DNA of 42,038 bases from Candidatus Aenigmatarchaeota archaeon. Lineage in GTDB: Archaea; Aenigmatarchaeota; Aenigmatarchaeia; CG10238-14; SCSR01. Under the pieces are notes generated by a model. That model saw only the letters and a list, made by a program, of their open reading frames with translations, had not been told where the DNA came from and did no database searches. The DNA is taken from the NCBI GenBank assembly GCA_039091335.1, contig JAWCME010000001.1, positions 76,024 through 118,061 on the forward strand, given 5' to 3'. The translations under genes and the position numbers were made by a program. How positions within the stretch are numbered: the stretch's first letter is position 1; every line of letters starts with the position of its first letter. This document shows positions 36,655 through 42,038 of this stretch, piece after piece.

Positions 36655-37381
36655 AAAAAGGGTTATCGATTCTGAAATTCTTTTAAATGAATTGAAAGAA
36701 AAAATGGAGAAGGTCGAGGTAGAGGAAATCAAAAAAAAGATTGAAGAGTTCTCAGAGTTGAAAGAGAAATTCGAAGAGATTGAAGATTTAATAATGGTTG
36801 AGCAGGCTGGAATAATAGAATTGAAAAAAATTATGGAAAACACAAAACCTACTATTCCACCAGAATTAATTGAAAGGATTGAGAAGATTGAGAAGAAGTT
36901 GCTTGAGATTCCAACTCAAAAAGTTGGCATTGGTATACAAGAAAGGATTAAAGAAATAGAAGACGGATTTAATTCCTTTAAATTCGAAGTCAGAAAAATT
37001 GTGGAGGACGTTGATAGAAAAATTAGTGACATCGTTACAAAAACAACTTCAAAACCAGATGAGGAATTTAAATTTTACTCTTCGGGGATAGAATCATTAA
37101 AAAATAATGTTGAAAATCTTTCAAAAAAAATTGCGGGAATAGAGGCTAGTTTATCAGAAATTTATAAAAGGCTTGAGGCGATTGAAAATAGAGAAGAAAC
37201 CGAAGTTAAAGAACTTTCTACCCCCATGAAAGACATAAAAGAAAAGTTAAAGTTTTTTGAAGAGGGAATAACTAAACTTTCTGAAATTTCCGATAAGATT
37301 CAATCTTTAGAGAAAAAGATTTTGAAAGTTGAAAAATCTCTGTTAGAAACCGCCACGAAAAGACCAATAATATTAGAATAA
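36596..37381 (+). CDS. Coiled-coil protein
   Basis: E/K/L-rich heptads throughout. Confidence 0.7.
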   Translation: MGSLENQEEEKTKLKLLQIEKRVIDSEILLNELKEKMEKVEVEEIKKKIEEFSELKEKFEEIEDLIMVEQAGIIELKKIMENTKPTIPPELIERIEKIEKKLLEIPTQKVGIGIQERIKEIEDGFNSFKFEVRKIVEDVDRKISDIVTKTTSKPDEEFKFYSSGIESLKNNVENLSKKIAGIEASLSEIYKRLEAIENREETEVKELSTPMKDIKEKLKFFEEGITKLSEISDKIQSLEKKILKVEKSLLETATKRPIILE

Positions 37382-37432
37382 TAAATTTTCAAAAACAAAA
37401 TGGTTTAATATTAATTTTACAAATTTTAAGAA

Positions 37433-39517
37433 ATGGTAGAAATGGGTTACACCCTAATAATAGCAGAGAAACCGGATGCAGCAAGAAGGATTGCTGAAGC
37501 TATAGCCGACTCAAAACTAAAAAAAATTGAAAAGTATGGAGTAGTATACTATGAGTTTGAAGTAAATGGGAAAAAACATGTTTGCGTCCCTGCTGTAGGT
37601 CATCTTTTTGTACTTTCTCCCACAAACAGTAAGTGGGATTATCCTGTTTTTGATTTTGAATGGATACCAACATACAAAAGAAAAGAAACAGCATGGACAG
37701 AAAAATACTTTAAAAACATTCAAGAACTTGCTAGAAAAGCTATTGAATTTATCGATGCGGCAGATGTTGATATCGAAGGTGAGGTTCTTTTGTACAACAT
37801 CTTGCGGTTTATTTGTAAAGTAAATGATGCAAAGCGTATGAAGTTTAGTACCCTAACAAAAGACGAGCTAAAGGAGTCTTACAAAAACATGGAAAAACAC
37901 ATCATGTTTCCAATGCTAGAAAGTGGATTAACTCGTCATGCCTTAGATGCCCTTTGGGGGTTTAATACAACACGTGCATTAACTCTTGCTTTAAAAAGCG
38001 CTGCTGAGAAAGGGTTTACAATTTTGTCTTCTGGTCGTGTACAGTCACCAACTTTAGCAATTTTGCTGGAAAGAGAACTTGAAATAAGGAAGTTCAAACC
38101 AAAGCCTTTTTGGGAACTTGAACTTCATATAAAAATAAACGGAACTGAAGCTATTGCTAGTTACGAGAAGGGAAGAATTTGGATAAAAGAGGAAGCCGAC
38201 AAGATATTGCAAGAATGCAAGGGCAAAGATGCAAAAGTGAAAGATATAAAGAAGAAGAAGTACAAGCAAGCACCACCTGTTCCTTTTAACACCACAGACC
38301 TGCAAGCTGAAGCTTACCAGCATTTTAAGTTTTCTCCCCAGCAAACTATGAATATAGCTGAAAGTTTATACCAACAAGGGTTTATAAGTTATCCTAGAAG
38401 TTCTTCACAAAAATTGCCACCAAGCATTAATTATGAGAAGATTTTGAAGGCGTTGTCTTCTTTACCGACATACAAGAAATTCGCAGAAGAAATTTTGAAG
38501 AAAGAAAAACTTGTGCCTATAGAAGGTAAAAAAGAAGATCCGGCTCATCCTGCCATTTACGCTACTTGGGAAGTACCTGATATGTCTAAACTTACTCCGC
38601 AACAAAGAAAGATTTATGATTTGATAGCAAGGCGTACTTTAGCTGTATTTGGAGACGAAGCGCTGAGGGAAACCAATACAGTTAGCTTAGATGTTGCTGG
38701 TCATACTTTCTTGCTTGTAGGTAAAAGAACTTTAGAGCCTGGATGGACGAAAATTTATGAACCTTACTTAAAGAGGGAAGAAATAATTTTACCTGAACTT
38801 CAAATTGGACAAATTGTTAAAGTAATTAAACTAGAAGAATTGACCAAAGAAACCCAACCACCTGCTCGCTATTCTCAGGGAAGCATAATAAAAGAAATGG
38901 AAGCCAGAAATCTTGGTACTAGAGCTACTAGGGCTGAGATTTTACAGACGCTTTATGATAGGGGATACATAAAAGGAAAGAGTATTCAAGTCACAAAGCT
39001 AGGAGAATCTGTTGTTAAAACTTTGAAAGAATACTGTCCAAGAATTTTATCAGAAGAGTTAACAAGAAAATTTGAAGAAGAGATGGATCTTGTTTTTCAA
39101 GGCAAGAAGAAAAGGGAGGAAGTAGTGGAAGAGGCAAAGAAAACTTTGAAAGAAATTTTGGAAGAGTTCAAGGCCAACGAGAAGAAAATTGGTAAAAGGC
39201 TTTTGGAAGCTTTGATGACAAAGAGAGAAGAAGAGAGAAGACTCGGAATCTGCCCCAAATGTAAAACAGGTGAGTTGAGAATTTTGAGGTCTAGACTTAG
39301 TGGGAAGTTTTTTGTTGGCTGTAGTAATTATCCAAACTGTAAGACAGGCTATCCTCTTCCAGCAGGATCAAACATTCAAGCTGTTGGTAGTGTATGTGAG
39401 AAATGTAACACCCCAATAATACAAGTTTTTAGGAAAGGTAAGAGACCTTTCAAGATGTGTTTAGACCCGAACTGCGAAACCAAAAAAGATTGGGTTAATA
39501 AAAAACAAAAAACTTGA
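37433..39517 (+). CDS. topA: DNA topoisomerase IA
   Basis: IIAEKP, AVGHL, DVDIEGE, GRVQSPTL, catalytic ISYPRS, C-terminal Zn fingers. Confidence 0.96.
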   Translation: MVEMGYTLIIAEKPDAARRIAEAIADSKLKKIEKYGVVYYEFEVNGKKHVCVPAVGHLFVLSPTNSKWDYPVFDFEWIPTYKRKETAWTEKYFKNIQELARKAIEFIDAADVDIEGEVLLYNILRFICKVNDAKRMKFSTLTKDELKESYKNMEKHIMFPMLESGLTRHALDALWGFNTTRALTLALKSAAEKGFTILSSGRVQSPTLAILLERELEIRKFKPKPFWELELHIKINGTEAIASYEKGRIWIKEEADKILQECKGKDAKVKDIKKKKYKQAPPVPFNTTDLQAEAYQHFKFSPQQTMNIAESLYQQGFISYPRSSSQKLPPSINYEKILKALSSLPTYKKFAEEILKKEKLVPIEGKKEDPAHPAIYATWEVPDMSKLTPQQRKIYDLIARRTLAVFGDEALRETNTVSLDVAGHTFLLVGKRTLEPGWTKIYEPYLKREEIILPELQIGQIVKVIKLEELTKETQPPARYSQGSIIKEMEARNLGTRATRAEILQTLYDRGYIKGKSIQVTKLGESVVKTLKEYCPRILSEELTRKFEEEMDLVFQGKKKREEVVEEAKKTLKEILEEFKANEKKIGKRLLEALMTKREEERRLGICPKCKTGELRILRSRLSGKFFVGCSNYPNCKTGYPLPAGSNIQAVGSVCEKCNTPIIQVFRKGKRPFKMCLDPNCETKKDWVNKKQKT

Positions 39518-39579
39518 TTAAATATTGTTTAATCTCAAAGGTCGATAGAAAATCCGACAAAAGTCGAAACACTAATTAG

Positions 39580-40002
39580 CTATTGTCGAAGTTTGTAGTA
39601 TTTTTTTCGACTTTCGGTTCTTGATACAGCTATACCCTCTCGCTCCATTTCCTTCAAATATTCGTTGCACCTCGTTCTCGACAGTTTGATGAGCCTGCTA
39701 AGCTGAAAGGGTGTGAGCTCGCCATATTTTTGCAAAATCATCTTTATAGCTTCTTTTGTTTTTGAAGTCACTGGTTTTGTTGAAAGTTTGAATCCTCCTG
39801 CAGAAATTATCCTTTCAACTTCCCTCAACCTACTATCCATTTCTTGGATTTTCTCCCATAAATTTTTCAGTTTTTCTAACTCTATTGCCATTTGAGCTCT
39901 TTGGGCATCCATTTGCCTTAAAAGCTCTGCCATTTGCTCTTCGTTGCTGTTTTTCTTTTTAAGGATTAACAGGTTCACAATATAATTTTGTCTTTTCGAC
40001 AA
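39580..40002 (-). CDS. Coiled-coil plus winged-helix protein
   Basis: N-terminal heptads; ELTPFQLSRLIKLSRTRCNEYLKEMEREG wHTH. Start may be ATG 39933. Confidence 0.75.
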   Translation of the reverse strand: MSKRQNYIVNLLILKKKNSNEEQMAELLRQMDAQRAQMAIELEKLKNLWEKIQEMDSRLREVERIISAGGFKLSTKPVTSKTKEAIKMILQKYGELTPFQLSRLIKLSRTRCNEYLKEMEREGIAVSRTESRKKYYKLRQ

Positions 40003-40108
40003 TATAAAAGATTTTGATTTTTTCCAAGGATTTCAAGAAAAAAATGTCGATTTTAAAATTTTTCTGAAATTTCAAATAGCATATGAGGTTCGACAAACAT
40101 TTTCTATG

Positions 40109-40126
40109 TTGTACACCGGTGTACAA
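40109..40126. promoter_or_regulatory. Perfect 18-bp palindrome TTGTACACCGGTGTACAA
   Basis: Reads identically on both strands, 4 nt before ATG 40130; function inferred. Confidence 0.5.
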
Positions 40127-40129
40127 GAG

Positions 40130-42038
40130 ATGAAAGCTGAAGATTCTATAGAGAAAATTATAACTACGCTTAGAAAGCACCCAGAAGGCCTTACTCTAAG
40201 CTCTTTAGCAAAGCTCTCTGGTTTGCATAGACATACTTCTGCAAAGTATATCAGAAAGTTGGTTAAAGCCGGAACTGTTTTTTATAGAAAGATTGGGTCA
40301 GCAAAACTTTGCTACTTAAAAAATAAAGTGTCGACCCAAGAAAGAAAAAAACGTTTTTCGGTAAAAAAAGAGAAAGGATTTAATTTTGTTTTAATCCTTA
40401 CTGTGACATTTCTTTTCCTCTTACAACTAAGCATAGTAGCCCAAAATTTTTCTGGGTTTTTAAATGTTTCCAATTCTAGCGAATTAGAGCAAATTTATGG
40501 TCAATTTACAGAAAACTACGAAATTGTCGAAAATAACACTAATTCGACAAGTATTGAGGTTTTGCCCGTAGAAGAAGAAATTGTCGAATCTACTAGCACA
40601 ACATCAACCACAACCACTATGCCTTTTACTGAAGGAGAAAATAATACAGTCGAAATCGACAATTCAACTTCTCAAGATTTAGAATTTCCTTCTTATTATT
40701 TGTTTGGGGTAAGTAAAGAAAAAGTAATGATAGGAGAAGAAGTAGAATTTTTTGTTTTTTGGCAGGACGATTTTGGTTTGGATGAATGGATCTTCAGCTG
40801 GAATTCTTCTGGCTCTTGGGAGAATGAGAGCTATACTTTCATTTCAAGCTATGATGAAGAAACTAAAGTTTTAACAAAGCAAGGATGGAAGTATTTCAAA
40901 GATTTAAGCTACGAGGATGAGGTTGCAGTTCTTTCTGCTGATGAAATAAAATGGGAAAGGCCTTTGAGAATAGTTAAGCTTCCTTACGATGATGGAATCT
41001 ACAAGATAAACGGGGAAATTGATATCTGCGTTACTCCAAAACATAAAGTTTTTGCGAGAATTGATTATCCTTTGGACTTTGTGAAAAGGGCTAGAGATTT
41101 GTTGTTTGGGGTTGATTTGAGTGAGTTCAAATTCATTGAAGTGGAGAGAGCTTATGAGCTTGCTAAAGCTGGCTATGGCATAACTTTTCTTGACGAAAAT
41201 TTAAAGCCGATTTATGTCAAGCAAATAAGCTTGGAAAGTTATAAAGGGGTAATTTATGATTTAACTGTTCCTAGCCATATTATCCTAGTCAAGAGATTTG
41301 GAAAAGCGGTTTGGTCTTCAAACCTTAATATTTTGGAAGCATGGAGCAATGTAACAAAAACTGTTAACTCAGTTGGAACAATAGCTTTCAAATTCTACGC
41401 CTCGGACTTAGCAGGAAATTGGAATGAAACTGAAATTGGTCTTATGGAAGTCCTGCCTCAAATTTTAGAAGAAAATGTTCAGCCAAAACCTGAAATTAAA
41501 ATAGAAAAAATAGAAGCTCCTTATTCTGTTAATATTTCTGAAGAATTTGAAGTTAAGGCTTTTATAACTTCGCTGAATGGAAACTCTTCTGATGTTTTTG
41601 TTAGCTTACAAGCTCCAGAAGAATTTATAGCTGGAGACCTGCAAAAAACTTTAGCCCAGGTTGGGGAGAATGAAAGCTCGATGATATCTTGGCTATTAAA
41701 AGCAAACGAATGTGGAAATTATACTTTAAACATTACCACAGAAACAAATGAAAGTAAAGATTTTAAAAGTTTTGATATTGAGGTATTTTGCCCAGAAAAC
41801 ATAGGCTTTTTTCCTTTATTAGAAGCTTATGTAAAAGTTGAAAATATCAATAAAGGTAATTTTGTTTGGAAGTCTGTCACTATAAATGGTAACATTTCTG
41901 TCAATGGAAACTTAATCAAAGCAAATGTTAAAGTGAGTGTTGAGGATCCTGATGGAAAAATTATTTACCAAAAAAAGAAGGTTTCTGATGGCAACTTCAT
42001 CTTTAATTTTGAATTCTTGCCAGAATCCTTTGGTATTT
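40130..42038 (+). CDS. 3'-partial wHTH-TM-extracellular glycoprotein with embedded Hint domain (not in ORF track)
   Basis: Open for 636 codons to the window end. wHTH (LTLSSLAKLSGLHRHTSAKYIRKL), TM FNFVLILTVTFLFLLQLSIVA, Thr-rich linker, many N-x-S/T sequons, Ig-like segments. Confidence 0.85.
   Translation, partial: MKAEDSIEKIITTLRKHPEGLTLSSLAKLSGLHRHTSAKYIRKLVKAGTVFYRKIGSAKLCYLKNKVSTQERKKRFSVKKEKGFNFVLILTVTFLFLLQLSIVAQNFSGFLNVSNSSELEQIYGQFTENYEIVENNTNSTSIEVLPVEEEIVESTSTTSTTTTMPFTEGENNTVEIDNSTSQDLEFPSYYLFGVSKEKVMIGEEVEFFVFWQDDFGLDEWIFSWNSSGSWENESYTFISSYDEETKVLTKQGWKYFKDLSYEDEVAVLSADEIKWERPLRIVKLPYDDGIYKINGEIDICVTPKHKVFARIDYPLDFVKRARDLLFGVDLSEFKFIEVERAYELAKAGYGITFLDENLKPIYVKQISLESYKGVIYDLTVPSHIILVKRFGKAVWSSNLNILEAWSNVTKTVNSVGTIAFKFYASDLAGNWNETEIGLMEVLPQILEENVQPKPEIKIEKIEAPYSVNISEEFEVKAFITSLNGNSSDVFVSLQAPEEFIAGDLQKTLAQVGENESSMISWLLKANECGNYTLNITTETNESKDFKSFDIEVFCPENIGFFPLLEAYVKVENINKGNFVWKSVTINGNISVNGNLIKANVKVSVEDPDGKIIYQKKKVSDGNFIFNFEFLPESFGI
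40847..41323 (+). mobile_element. 159-aa Hint/mini-intein-like domain, no endonuclease
   Basis: Block A SYDEETKVLTKQGWKYFKDL, block B VTPKHKVF, block F IYDLTVPSH, ends KAVWSSN followed by Leu. Confidence 0.85.

Noticed and set aside
40847-41323. Canonical splicing intein
   Set aside because: The +1 residue is Leu, not Cys/Ser/Thr, and the host is not a conserved replication enzyme; reported as a Hint autoprocessing domain instead.

Overview
AT-rich archaeal chromosome segment, probably from a DPANN-type lineage (Aenigmarchaeota-like; this is inferred from gene content and a very divergent rRNA, not proven). Housekeeping genes: TFB, Nob1, histone, aIF5A, deoxyhypusine synthase, ArgRS, glmS/glmM/glmU, rpoK/rpoN/uS9/uL13/eL18, split Hef helicase and XPF nuclease, topoisomerase IA. 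It also holds separately promoted 16S and 23S rRNA genes and five tRNA genes. The dominant feature is pervasive bulge-helix-bulge (BHB) splicing. I find 18 short introns (12-97 nt): 4 in 16S, 5 in 23S, 8 in tRNAs (all five tRNAs, all at non-canonical sites) and one in the aIF5A mRNA, where it splits the codon of the hypusinated lysine and carries an in-frame stop. The two longest rRNA introns and the 23S leader contain box C/D motifs with antisense elements matching this organism's own rRNA, suggesting rRNA-encoded, self-targeting 2'-O-methylation guides (16S A1408; 23S U2438, U2504, U2552, A2600). The rRNA also has substitutions at near-universal peptidyl-transferase and decoding positions. 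At the right end, a wHTH-TM-extracellular protein contains a Hint/mini-intein domain lacking a +1 nucleophile, within a cluster of TTGTCGAA motifs. rRNA positions use E. coli numbering from by-eye alignment. All analysis was manual; no database or literature search was run.
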